In this document: positions 43,235 to 56,415 of the stretch, piece by piece | Position numbering within the stretch: position 1 is the stretch's first letter | Layout: the number at the start of each line of letters is the position of its first letter | Assembly (NCBI GenBank): GCA_043228905.1 | Contig: JBHGNT010000008.1 | Location: 1,240,001 to 1,304,000 of the forward strand | Direction: 5' to 3' | Origin: Azolla caroliniana | Lineage: Eukaryota; Plantae; Polypodiophyta | DNA length: 64,000 nt | The notes under the pieces: model-generated | Database searches by the model: none | What the model saw: only the letters and a program-made list of their open reading frames with translations | What the model was told of the DNA's origin: nothing | Translations under genes and position numbers: made by a program

Positions 43235-46200
43235 CGATCATCATAGGCAACCTCGTGTATTCAACCCTGGACAGAAGGTATTTTTACGTGTACCTCACAA
43301 TTCTAAGACATTGTCTACGGGTAAGTGCGCTAAGTTAGCCCCACGGTTTTGTGGACCTTTTACAGTCCTCAAACGCATTGGGTCATCAGCCTATCGTCTC
43401 GCTCTTCCCGATGGTGTCGGAATTCATCCAGTCTTTCATGTGAGTCGTCTAAAAGAACTTCTAGGTTCTAGTGACAATACAATTACAACTGAAACTCTGG
43501 TTACTTCTGAAGAATTATCTTCTAAACCACATGTACCAGAAAGAATTCTCGATATTAAAACAAAAAAATTACGTACTAAAGAAATCCGAGAATTTAAAAT
43601 AAAATGGATGGATAAATCAATAAAAGATGCCACATGGGAACGCGAAATTACTCTCATAACTAATTTCCCTAACTTTCCATTGCAAGAGTGCAATGTTTAA
43701 AAGAGGGGGAGTATGTTACGGGCATGACCATTTAATATCCCGTGGTGAGAATTTACCGTAGTATTCTATACACGTGGATAAGTGTGAGGGTTAAACGAGA
43801 GTGTAAAGAAGGGGTGGATTACTTTTAATCCTCGGGATTGAGACAACCCATTAGGTCAAGTGTGAACTTGCCTGGGGGCCTTGGGTATCGCTATAAATAA
43901 GAGGCCTAGCTACCCTCATTTCATCATCTTTTGACTACATCGAGACTCTGCTCGTGTGGTGGGTCAACTCTTGTAGCGAGCGCGCCAGCACCAGGTACGA
44001 CTCGACGCCACGGCGGTGGTATGGGACGCCGATCGAGGCTCGAGTCCGTCTCGATCCCTTCGCTCGGGGGTGGTCGGGTGGATCGGCACCCTTCTTTCTC
44101 TTTCTCCTTTCTATCTATTATTACTTTATCCTTATCTTAAGCTTACTTTAGTACTTAGATCTATAATATTTGGTATCAGAGCTACGTACTAATGTTTCTT
44201 TGTTTTTCATTTGTCTTTTGATTGATGCTGATCGATCAATGTGCGGTCGGCCTTGATCCAGACAATGATCAACAAAGAACTTCGGTAACTCTTTCCATAA
44301 TTTTTCTTTCTATTCTCTCTTCTCCCATCTAATCATGTGTTTAGTTTATATGTAATTTTTTTCATTAAGTCAATGATGTTGTAGTGGTCTTTAATTGATT
44401 ATCTAAAACGTTTACATATGTGCACGAGGTCAATACCTCGTTTGACATATTAATAATATGTGATGAGTGTCGTATGCATACGAGGTTAATACCTCAATTA
44501 CGTATTACGTTCACGAACATATGTTACGTTTGTGTATGAGTTGTTGATTTGTTGTAAACGATATGCGGTTGGTTTCGTATGCATAAGAGGTCAATACCTA
44601 AATTGCGTATTACGATGATCTCTTATTTGTGGATGTTTCGTGTGCGTAGAGGTATATACCTCGATTACGTATCTCGATCACATCATTTGTGGCTATTTAA
44701 TATAACGATATGTTTAATATAGGCATATGTGGTCACATATATACGTATTTGATTGTATATATGTGAAAAGTAAACATATGTGTATATTCGTTATTACGTG
44801 ATTATGTCGAAAGTTGTCATGGTCGAGAAAAGGATGTTGGTGGCCGTCCTCACATTTTTGTGAGAATGGCGTTGTCACCATCCCTTTTTCAACAATTTTT
44901 TATTGTTGATAACCCCGTTGATGACCTCGATTTCGTTACGTAAAGAAACGCCAATAGCCATAATGATGTTGAGTACGTAGGGCTTGACCCACTTCAAGTG
45001 AGGTCGCTCCAATGACGCACGTATCCAACATCCCTCCCTCGTTACATGGATACGATGCCACCATGAGCTCGTTCTTACGAGAGGCATTCGTAATGACGTG
45101 ACCATGTGATGGCCCACGTGAGCCTACTTCGAAACAAAGGCGCATTTGGCTTCACCATTAGGTTGCACTTTGCCATCGTAATTACGAGACTTGAGGATAG
45201 GTAACGTACCAACATAGTTTTGGTAAATGAGGGCGAAATAAGAACCCTTGACATATATGTTCTTTAAAAAAAAAACATATATGATCTCGCATATCTCTTA
45301 TACGCATCAAACATTAAGCATTCGAGAAGAGCAGCTTACTTGGTTGGCTCAAGTGTTTAATGTATTTGTTCTCCAGGTCTCGAGGTCAAATATGACCAAG
45401 ACCATACAACATCCTTGATACATATGATTATAACATATGTTTAGACTTAAGGTCTAAGTGCACCTCAGGGTCCTCGTAATAGGACTTAAAGAGCCGAAAC
45501 CACATGTGTGGGCACCAAAACATAGTTTATTATTAACATTTTTTTCGTGTATAAACAATTCATGACGCGAACATACATGGTTGAGCCTCGGGGAGCCACC
45601 ATGAAAAAATCGATATAGAGATCAGGGAATGACATTTATTTGTCACCCCCATGGTTTTTAAAACACCTTTGTGTTACCATAGTAACCTGATCTTGAACCT
45701 CATCTCATACGTCTAGAGGGGTATTGACGTGAGATCATGATATCGATTAATGTTTGCCCATGATATGTTTACATCACGACATGATGTTATGACTATCTCT
45801 CTGACCTTATCCTATTTCTTTTCCAGAAATAATTTTTAATGGCTCAAATTAACGACCCCATGTCATCCGCTCAAGCGGAAGGAACTCAAGGGAATCCTCC
45901 TGGACAAATGTCCACTGAGATGTATTTGGCACAAATAACCCAATACCTCAGTTTCACCGCTCAACAGATGACCGAACTTCGGCAATCTCAGAGTGCTCTT
46001 GAGGCACGTGTCATTAGTCTACAACGTGAGACTAATAGACCTGATGAGCGACAAGGTGAACCATCATTTGTCGTTAAGCCATTTACGGGAGACAAAAAGG
46101 AAAGAACCGAAGAAGCAATCTGCACATGGCTGGGACGGTGGGAGTCTCATTTTGAGCTCTATCCCACGTCAGATAGTACGAAGATTGCATATGTCGGCCG

Positions 46201-49200
46201 AGAACTCGGGGGTAAGGCCGCCGCCTGGTGGCATGGGCTCCGTACTATGGGGAAATTGCCTGATACCTGGACAGATTTTGTCACGGTTTTCAAGGGCCAA
46301 TTTCTACAACCTCCCTCTCGAACCGAGGCAGCACAAGCTTTAATGAACCTCTCTAGCAGGAAATTTTCCTCGCTAGAAGACTATGTTCACCATGCTAGAA
46401 CCCAAATCCAAAAATCGGGTCTAGAAGGGGACAATTGGTTGATAGCTTGTTTTGTCAATGGCATCCCCAATTCGGACTATCACTGGATAGTGCACGATAA
46501 GGATCCAAAATCCTTTGAAGAGGCCGTTGAAATAGTTCTTCGCTATCAACGCACTTCGAAGAAGGACCATAACAAACCCAACGAAGCGCCCGGGACTAAG
46601 CAATCGCAATTTGTTGGGAAACGCAAGACACCCAACGAATTCCTGGATCACGATTGTAAGCGACAACATCCTTTTTGCGTATTTTGCAAAAAGAAGGGTC
46701 ATACAAAAGATCAATGTCGAAAGCTCCAACGAAAAGAGCACGACAACGAAGCTAAAGTTGCAGACCATAAAGGTCAGATTCCTAATGTCCTTCAGGTCTA
46801 TACACATCATTTAAGTAATTGTCAATGTTCTTTCCCTCACTATGTATTGGGTCCCAATGATTTACTACGTGCAAACGGGTATATCAATGGATGTCCCGTA
46901 CAATTTTTATTTGATTCGGGAAGCTCACACAATTTTGTGAATGATCGTTTGGTTCAGATATGGGGAATCCAACCCACCGTAAGTGATCACACCTACATGG
47001 TGCACTTAGCTTATGGAAGAGTACAATACATCAACGGGGCGATTCATTCATTAGGAATTTCTATTGATACTTATATAGAGGAAGTAGACTTCCATGTAAT
47101 GAATCTTTGTACCACTGATGTAATACTGGGTTATCCCTGGTTTTATAATAAAAACTCTTCTTCATTTATTGATTGGGTTCGCCATTCCATTTCTTTTGTA
47201 CTGAACGATTGTACGCAATTTATTCAAAGTGTAAAAAAACAATCCCTGTCGATTGTTTCCTCGTGTCCATCAATATCCGAGTTGTCTTGTTCTACGTTAT
47301 TTTATTGTGGACTTGATCCGGACATTCACGTTTACAATATCGATAATGTCCCGGTTCAATTATCATATTTTGAACAACAACAACTTGATGAAATCTTAAA
47401 TGATTTTCATGATGTTTTTCCAAGTGAACTACCTGATGGGTTACCTCCTAAATGTAATATAGACCATCGTATAGATATTGTACCTGGTGTTGCACCAATA
47501 AGTATACCTCTGTATCGCTTAAGTCGATCCGAAGAAGATGAGGTATCTAAGCAACTCAAGGACTATTTACGAATGGGTTATATACGTTATAGTAAATCTC
47601 CATGGGGTGCACCAGTTCTCTTGGTTAAAAAAAAAGAGGGCACATGGCGTATGTGTATTAATTACCGACGCTTGAATAAAGTGACGATCAAGAATTCGTA
47701 CCCATTGCCCCGGGCTGACGATCTAATTGACCGTCTCCAAGGAGCTCGGTATTTTACGAAACTTGATCTCCGTACTGGCTACCATCAAATACGAATAAGT
47801 GAGGACGATGTTCCTAAAACGGCATTTCGTACGCGCTATGGCCATTACGAGTTTTTGGTTATGCCTTTTGGTTTGACCAATGCTCCGGCTACTTTTCAAC
47901 AAGAAATGAATGACATTTTCCGAGAACAACTTGGAAAATTTGTCGTTATTTTCTTGGATGATATTTTAGTTTATAGCCGTACATTACAAGAACATGCTAG
48001 ACATGTCCGCTTTGTTTTACAAACATTGCGTGACAAACAGTTTTATGCGAAGATCTCAAAATGTGAGTTCTTCAAGAAATCAATTACTTATCTTGGACAT
48101 CTCATATCCGAACGAGGAGTTGAAATTGATCCTTCTCGCATTGAGAAAATCAAGCTTTGGCCCACTCTTCGGAATATTCGAGAAGTTCGATCATTCCTTG
48201 GTTTTGTCGGGTTTTTGCGAAAGTCTCTTCGTAATTACTCCAAATTGACGACGTCGTTTACTAATCTTTTAAAAGGTCAAACGCGTAAGTCTACAAAACC
48301 TATTGTGTGGAATGCTACAATAGACCTCGCCTTTAAGGAACTCAAGGACCTGGTTTGCAAGGCTCCTTCACTTCTTTTACCTGATCCTTCAAAACCTTTT
48401 GAGGTTGAAACCGATGCGAGCGATTATACTATAGGTGTTGTCTTATATCAAGATGGTAAACCAATAGCGTTTGAGAGTAAAAAACTTGATTCTGCTCAAT
48501 GTCGGTATACCGTTCAAGAAAAGAAATTATTTGCAGTTATACATGCGCTCAAAACATGGCGCCATTATCTTTATGGAAATCACTTTGTGGTAACTACGGA
48601 CCACGAGTCCTTGAAATATTTTTGTGACCAACAAGACCTGAAAGGTCGTAAGGCACGATGGGCTGATCTCATCCAGGACTTTGATTTTTCCATACGATAT
48701 CGTAAAGGTTCCATGAACATTGTCGCTGATGCACTAAGTCGCATCCGTGAAGTTAACACGCTTAGCTTCACTGAAATATCATCAGATCTTTATGATCACC
48801 TTCGAGGAAAGTATCCTGATGACAGTTATTTCGCAAAATATTGGGCAAGAGTTGAGTCTGGAACAGACAGCACCACATCCTTGAAGGAATACTTCCACAT
48901 TGCTAACGGTTTGCTCTACCGTAATGGGAAGGTTTGTGTTCCAGATTTACCCGAGGTCAAAAAGAGGATTCTTTTTTAATGCCATGATGCACCCTCAGCA
49001 GTGCACCCTGGAATACATCGTACACTCGTTCTCATCTCCACTCAATTTTATTGGCCTAAGATGCGTCCTGACATACATAGCTATGTGACTAAATGTCACC
49101 AGTGTCAAGTTAACAAAGCCAAGTGACTTAAAGCCGCAGGACTTTTACATCCCTTGGACATTCCCAATAATAAGTGGGAAAGTATATCCATGGATTTTAT

Positions 49201-50713
49201 TGTTAGCCTTCCTCGCACCCAAAAAGGTCATGATGCCATCTGGGTTGTCGTTGATCGACTAACTAAAATGGCCAGATTTATTGCTACTAAAACCACGGTA
49301 ACAGCTCCTGAATTGGCTTACCAATTCGTTGACGAATTGTTTCGTTTTTATGGGTTACCGATGGATATCGTGAGTGATCGAGATCCAAAGTTTACTAGTG
49401 ACTTCTGGACGCAAGTCTTTAAGAAGTTAGAAACTACGTTGAGCATGAGCTCCACGGATCATCCTCAATCCGATGGACAAACAAAACGAGTAAATCAAAT
49501 TATTGAGGACATGCTTCAAGCATACGTTGGTGCAAAACCAACAAAATGGGAACGTTATCTCCCAATTTTGGAGTTTGCTTATAACAGCTCCAAGCATACG
49601 TCGACGGGATATAGTCCTTTTATGTTGATGTATGGTTTTCAGCCACGAGCCCCGATTGATGTTAATATACATCATGATGAGTTGCGAAGTACGCAAAACT
49701 TTCTTCGGGATATGCAAGATATGTTGCATATTGCACGAGATAATATAAAAACAACTCAAGATAGAGCGCGTTTTTATGCCGATCATCATAGGCAACCTCG
49801 TGTATTCAACCCTGGACAGAAGGTATTTTTACGTGTACCTCACAATTCTAAGACATTGTCTACGGGTAAGTGCGCTAAGTTAGCCCCACGGTTTTGTGGA
49901 CCTTTTACAGTCCTCAAACGAATTGGGTCATCAGCCTATCGTCTCGCTCTTCCCGATGGTGTCGGAATTCATCCAGTCTTTCATGTGAGTCGTCTAAAAG
50001 AACTTCTAGGTTCTAGTGACAATACAATTACAACTGAAACTCTGGTTACTTCTGAAGAATTATCTTCTAAACCACATGTACCAGAAAGAATTCTCGATAT
50101 TAAAACAAAAAAATTACGTACTAAAGAAATCCGAGAATTTAAAATAAAATGGATGGATAAATCAATAAAAGATGCCACATGGGAACGCGAAATTACTCTC
50201 ATAACTAATTTCCCTAACTTTCCATTGCAAGAGTGCAATGTTTTAAAGAGGGGGAGTATGTTACGGGCATGACCATTTAATATCCCGTGGTGAGAATTTA
50301 CCGTAGTATTCTATACACGTGGATAAGTGTGAGGGTTAAACAAGAGTGTAAAGAAGGGGTGGATTACTTTTAATCCTCGGGATTGAGACAACCCATTAGG
50401 TCAAGTGTGAACTTGCCTAGGGGCCTTGGGTATCGCTATAAATAAGAGGCCTAGCTACCCTCATTTCATCATCTTTTGACTACATCGAGACTCTGCTCGT
50501 GTGGTGGGTCAACTCTTGTAGCGAGCGCGCCAGCATCAAGTACGACTCGACGCCACGGCGGTGGTATGGGACGCCGATCGAGGCTCGAGTCCGTCTCGAT
50601 CCCTTCACTCGGGGGTGGTCGGGTGGATCGGCACCCTTCTTTCTCTTTCTCCTTTCTATCTATTATTACTTTATCCTTATCTTAAGCTTACTTTAGTACT
50701 TAGATCTATAATA
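43235..50713 (+). mobile_element. Young chromodomain Ty3/gypsy (chromovirus); LTRs 43714-44168 and 50259-50713, preceded by a duplicated integrase tail and PPT (43235-43713)
   Basis: 455-bp LTRs with about 5 differences. PBS-Met at 44171-44182, PPT AAAGAGGGGGAGTA. 43235-44168 repeats 49780-50713 at offset 6545. Confidence 0.95.
45839..50272 (+). pseudogene. Chromovirus gag-pol (gag, CCHC, PR, RT, RH, IN, chromodomain); one frameshift near 48979 and one stop near 49125
   Basis: A 1046-aa ORF has [26 protein letters not shown] and ETDASD. A 372-aa ORF has SMDFI, SDRD, GPF and the chromodomain VPERIL...IKW...DATWE. Confidence 0.92.
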
Positions 50714-50821
50714 TTATCGTTGTCTTATATAAGATCCATCCGACCAATTTATATGTATACAAATTTCGACAACATTGTAACTGTCAAATAAGTTACGAAT
50801 ATGTGTCGAAAGAGACAAGAG

Positions 50822-51196
50822 TTATGGCTTTTCTGTTGTGTTATAGCAATCCCACAGAGCGTGTCGTATTGATTCTACTACATGTGGGCACTCTACACAA
50901 TTAGGAGAACTAAGGTTCCCACGTTGCCATGCTCCCACCGGTAGGGACTTATGTATTAATAGCCATTGGAACGTGTTAATTCGCCTCGCGTGTTGTTTCC
51001 AGAGTTTCTGCCAAAACTTTGTGATTATTGTGGGAGGAACTTGAAATGTGTGCCAAACCTTCGCAGCAACTGGCTCTCGGGCGGTTTGGGCAACTAGAAT
51101 GTGGTGACCCAATCTAGTTGTGAATTGGAAGAAAGGGATGGGTTTGCTTCCTTGCCCCGTGTAGGGATCACGCCATGTCCATTGCAAAGGGTCCAA
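50822..51196 (-). mobile_element. LINE ORF2 fragment (zf-RVT zinc-binding region)
   Basis: FWQKLWK...FQWLLIHKSLP...CVEC..VESIRHALWDC. Confidence 0.8.
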
Positions 51197-51597
51197 TAAT
51201 ATGTAGCATTATACATTATACTACCTCAAGCACCATAAGCAAATCATCACATAAATAATATCCCAACTTTGATACTATAGTCTATATATAACTATATAAA
51301 TGTCCAAGAACAATGACATGACTTTACATCTATACTCGTGCATGTACCCAATTACCCATAAGTACACACTGTTAAGGTTTGCAGGTCTATGCTTAAGGTT
51401 TGCACTACAATAGGGAAGGCCTTTTTACTAACCGCCATCTTGATAAATGGAAGATGCCATTGGTTTGATGTTTAAAGAATAAATCAAGAGCATGAACAAA
51501 CAAATTCACATTTGTATTGGATTTGGTCGGACATGAAATATACCACCTCTCCCATGTTGCTCTTTCCTAGAGTCTTTGTAGCTCCTTCATTGGTCAA

Positions 51598-52032
51598 TGA
51601 ATCAGCAATTGTTCGATTCAGTTTGAGAGTGTCAAAACCGAACCACTTAAAAATTTTGAAACTTGAACCGAACCACGAAACCATTTGAACCAATAACGTT
51701 TAAACCAAACCATTAAACGAAAAACCAAACTATTAAACCATTAAACGGTAAAAACCGCACTTTCATGGTTGGGTTTCGATATTCAACTTAAATTTTCAGA
51801 AATTAAAGATTCTCCTAAAATGTGAAAATTAGGCTTCAAAATGAAAAGATTGTTTTAGAAAAAAGTAATAAAAAAAAATTTTTAAACCATTCCACCGTTT
51901 AAACCGCAATTTCTAACCGTTTAAATTGAACCGAACTGTTCACCCCCCAAACCAAACCAAACCATTTATATCGTTAAGCCATTAAGCCACGGTTTCGCAG
52001 TTCGGTTGAAACCGAACCATTGCTGATTGTTA
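51598..52032. mobile_element. hAT-type MITE related to 34880-35333
   Basis: AATCAGCAAT/ATTGCTGATTGTTA ends with TTGGTCA on both flanks. Shares an internal segment (CCTAAAATGTGA.AAT...AAAATGAAAAGATTGTTTT) with the MITE at 34880. Confidence 0.82.
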
Positions 52033-52275
52033 TTGGTCATGTAAACCATTAAATGCTTCCCTCTCTCCAACACTATAATTTAAATCACTCTATAACATTA
52101 GCAAGCTACAAATTCTACAAAATGTGCCAATATTTATGCCACCTCGCATAGTTTTTAACCATTCCGATACATCACAAGCTTAGATAATATTATTAAGTAT
52201 TGATTTCATGGTATCGAACAAAAAATTTCGAATTATTCACACAACAAAGAAAATGTCTTCTGAAACTCCCCAGTT

Positions 52276-54062
52276 TCAAAATATAAACCAGCTTGAACAT
52301 ACATAGATACCAAGCACGTAGAAAATGGCGATGCTGAGACTCCAACCATTTGTGTTTAGCAGCGGAGATGACGATGACGATGACGATGACGATCCTGAAG
52401 GACAGTAGAGTTAATCAGACCATTTGCGTGAATCATATTGTATAGAATTACCACATAGGTGCCTATAAGTATTTAATAGTAATAAGGTAAGGATAGTGAA
52501 TTATTTGCTTAAATTGTGTATATAATGGATAGCTTGTCATGAAGTTAATACCACCACCACTAGTGTCAAGATGGTGTTTTGACAAACTGACAGTCCAAAT
52601 GATATGGATATAGAACTATTGGTGTCAAGATGGTGTTTTGACTACAAACTGATGGTCCAATGGATATGGATATAGCACTATTGGTGTCAAGATGGTGTTT
52701 TGACTACAAACTGATAGTCCAATGGATATGGATATAGCACTACTACACAAACAAGAGCATGGATCCTTAATCAACTAACCCTAAACCCTAAACCCTAGTA
52801 TGCATGTGACAGGCCGATCTACGAACTGAGAACATACCTTCAGTCATGATCATGCTAAATTTGAACCTTAAGCTCATATATACATCTGTGGCAAAGGTAT
52901 TTGACCCATTCCAAGTTACAGCAGATCCAAATCAGCATATTTTTCTTTGTTTAAGTACACAGGCGAATACTAAATCAAATTAGGATGACTCGATGATCGA
53001 TTTGGATCGATTAGGGTTATAAAGAAAGTAACAACTGCCAACATCTGTGGCAAAGGTATTTGACTTGACCCCCAAGCAAGGCTGATCTGAATCAAAACTC
53101 ATTTTCTTTATCTAATGATACAGGCACATCGCTGAATAGAATTAGGATGAATTCAACGATCGATTTGGATGGATCAAGGTTATAAAGAAAGGAATGGATG
53201 TGAACATGGGTAGAAAATCATTCCATAGTAGTCCCAATATGGGTTGCGGCATGACATGGCGAGGCGGCACATAGGAGACCAGGTCAGGGAGCAGAGGCCC
53301 TATAGGAAAAGCACATAAATACATACATACATACATACATACATACATACATACATACATACATACATACATACATACATACATACATACATACATACAT
53401 ACATACATACATACATACATACATACATACATACATACATACATACATAGGAGGGCATGTAAGCCATCCCATAAAGATACAACAGAATGGCATGCAAGGA
53501 ATCCCATTATGCACTCCAATGAGGAGGGGGCAGATCTCTTTAACACCCCTCCAAGCTAGATGATCAAAATCAGTTCTGTATCTAATCTACACCTTAATCA
53601 TCAACACATGATAAACATGGAATTGGTTCACTTTGAGAGAGAGCGAGAGAGAGATTAGTAACCTGGAGAAGTGGTGTTACTATTATTGACAGAAGTGGTG
53701 TTGGCGAGACATTGTTGGACGGCATTCGGGATGGCGACATGGCAATCGGTGGCGATCTCTTGCGCTCGGGTGGCATTGAAAGTGGTGGTGGTGGAGGAGG
53801 AGAGCTCGCAGAGACAGGTGGAGGAGTCATTGGAGGAGAGGGTTTTGTTGAGAGGGGTGCAGCACTCGATGCCCGGGGCCGAAGTGTTGCCGGTGTTGAT
53901 GTAGCTCAAGCAAGGCTGCAAATTGATAAGGGGCGCGGTGCACGACGCGGAGATCTGCTGCGCCTCGGCAACCATCATGGAGGAGGAAGAGGAAGATAGT
54001 GGGCCAATAACCACAAATGCCATAGCCAGTGCCAACATAACTTCCTCCCTTGACAGCCTCAT
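52276..54062 (-). CDS. GPI-anchored non-specific lipid transfer protein (LTPG), paralogue 2; 2 exons, about 172 aa
   Basis: Exon 1 (54062-53663) has the MRLSREE signal peptide and the 8-Cys motif with CC and CLC. A phase-1 GT-AG intron follows. Exon 2 (52394-52276) encodes poly-Ser and a hydrophobic tail ending WFIF-stop. A small extra exon cannot be excluded. Confidence 0.88.
52560..53449. repeat. Intronic repeats: 3 x about 62 bp (52560-52742), telomeric CCCTAAA x about 3 (52776-52798), 2 x about 157 bp (52882-53185), (TACA)n (53319-53448)
   Basis: Direct reading. Confidence 0.88.
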
Positions 54063-54114
54063 CTTCTTCTTCTTCTTTCTTCTTCTTCTTCCTAAACTTC
54101 CTTCCCCTGTTCTC

Positions 54115-54171
<57 letters not shown>

Positions 54172-54387
54172 TCTGTCTGTCTGCTCTTCTTCTTTCCTTC
54201 CTTCCCCTGTTCTTCCTCTCTTTTAAGAAACAAATTCGACTCTTCTCTCCTCTGTTCTTCTTCCTTCCTTCCTTTTCCTGTTCTTCTTCTCTTTTAAGAA
54301 ATTAGTACTACTCTCTCTCTCTCTCTCTTTATGCTAAATTAGCTTTACCATTCTAGTGGTAAGTTGTTTTCTCACCTCTCTATTATA

Positions 54388-54880
54388 TACTTTAATTTAG
54401 TAGATGCCAGTGTCGAATGTAGGTTTTGAACCCATGACCACCTACGTATTAGATATCTCTTAATTTAGTAGATGCCACTGTCGAATGTAGGTTTCGAACC
54501 CATGACCTATCTCTTTAATTTAGTAGATGCCACTGTCGAATGTAGGTTTCGAACCCATGACCTATCTCTTTAATTTAGTAGATGCGAGTGTCGAATGTAG
54601 GTTTTGAACCCATGACCATCTCTGTATTAGTTATCTCTTAATTTACTACATGCCAATGTCTAATGTAGGTTTCAAACCCATGACCACCTCTCTATTACAC
54701 ATTCTAGTGGTAAGTTGTTTTCTCACCTCTCTATTATATACATACATACTTCATATAACATATCTCTTAATTTAGTAGATATCACTATCGAATGTAGGTT
54801 TCAAACCCATTACCACCTCTCTATTACACATCTCTTAATTTACTAGATTCCATTGTGGTATGTAGGGGTTGAACGAACCA
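54388..54880 (-). repeat. About 7 imperfect 55-70-bp units carrying a tRNA T-arm/B-box-like motif
   Basis: Unit TTAATTTAGTAGATGCCACTGTCGAATGTAGGTTTCGAACCCATGACC; its reverse complement contains ATGGG-TTCGAAA-CCTAC. Confidence 0.85.
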
Positions 54881-54913
54881 CGTCTTAGTCTCCTCTACCT
54901 ATCATATTAATCT

Positions 54914-54957
<44 letters not shown>

Positions 54958-54966
54958 CTTTTAAAG

Positions 54967-55316
54967 TAAAACATTTCTTTTTGAAAGAGTCAACTTTTTC
55001 AATTTCTTTGTCACCAGCAAGTAGAATATGTATATAGCTTTGTAGATATATAAGGTCCATTCTTGCTCATTTTAGAGCATAGAATGAACCATAACGTACC
55101 ATACGTGCATTTGCATTCGAGGATGATTCAATCAAACATTTCTTTTTGAAAGAGTCAAGGGGCATACATAACTTTTTCAATTTCTTTGTCACCAGCAAGT
55201 AGAATATGTATATAGCTTTGTAGATATATAAGGTCCATTCTTGCTCATTTTAGAGCATAGAATGAACCATAATGTACCATACGTGCATTTCGCATTCGAG
55301 GATGATTCAATCAAAC
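54967..55316. repeat. 2 x about 170-180-bp tandem duplication
   Basis: AAACATTTCTTTTTGAAAGAGTCAA...GGATGATTCAATCAAAC occurs twice. The second copy has a short insertion. Confidence 0.9.
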
Positions 55317-56415
55317 GTGTATGGTAAATCATCGCAAAGTTGGATTGGATTTATAGGTTGGAAAAATAAATAAAGATTACAATTTCAAAAAATGACTATG
55401 GTCTATATTATATATAGATTGAATCAAATATCAACACAATTGAAAGTTCAAAACTTAGGAATTACTTAATTACTAAACATTAGAAAGCACGAACATAAAA
55501 ATCAAATAGTTCAAAGACATAATTGTATTGATGATGAGCTCATCTTGCAATTATCAATGTTCTCATCTTGCAACTAGTGAAGGTATCAATTTCTTCACTT
55601 TAGAACTTCGGAAAAAAAGGAGTATGAACTATAGAGATTGAATCAAAATATGTCATTATAAATTATAATCAAACGTTCAAAAACTCATAAAACGTATATT
55701 CGAGAATATGAAGAAAACATGACATAGGCACTAGTAGCATAAAAACTTAGCAAGTTACCATAACAACTTACCGAGTTACCACTAGGGTGAGCTTTAATTT
55801 CTAATAACAAAGAAAAAAAAAGGAACATGACACAACATAAAATTTTGCTATGACATGACACTAACGAGAGAGATGAGAAAATTGGGAATCGAAACCCAAG
55901 AAATAGACAACAACATAACAACTTACCACTAGAGTGAGCTAATTTCCATAATACAAAAAAATAAGTCTTTTTCCCTTTTCAAACGTGTTCATTTTCAAAC
56001 ATTTGAATGCTTACACGAACACGTTTATTACGTTCTATGATTTAGAGTATGGAATTCTTATTTCAATGGGTAGGTAAAGGAATCATCATCATCTCAGTTT
56101 TGTATCACATGTACATTATCATTCTTTTTTCCTAAAGGGATCAATTAAGGCATCAGAAATTGGAGAAGGTAGGTACATGACCAGTGCATTCAGTTAAGAT
56201 TTGAACAAAATACAGTATATATGATCATATAGATTCCAACATTCAAATTTGTTGGTTTGCAAAAGCAAAATTGGACCTGCCCACCATGTAAGGTGGATAT
56301 AAACACGCACGAGTGTGTCACCATCCTCGAGAGTTGCTTGGAGTTGGTCACAAAGCTCCCAATCACAATCATTTATGACACTGATTTTTCTTTCATGAAG
56401 AGCTCGGGTTGTTCT

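Noticed and set aside
50714-50722. CAACGAT inverted match between the two flanks of the chromovirus insert
   Set aside because: Only 7 bp and partly inside the insert; plausibly chance.
53142-53546. MYVC-repeat ORFs
   Set aside because: Translation of the (TACA)n microsatellite in an intron.
53594-53830. Pro-rich ORF
   Set aside because: An alternative frame of LTPG exon 1.
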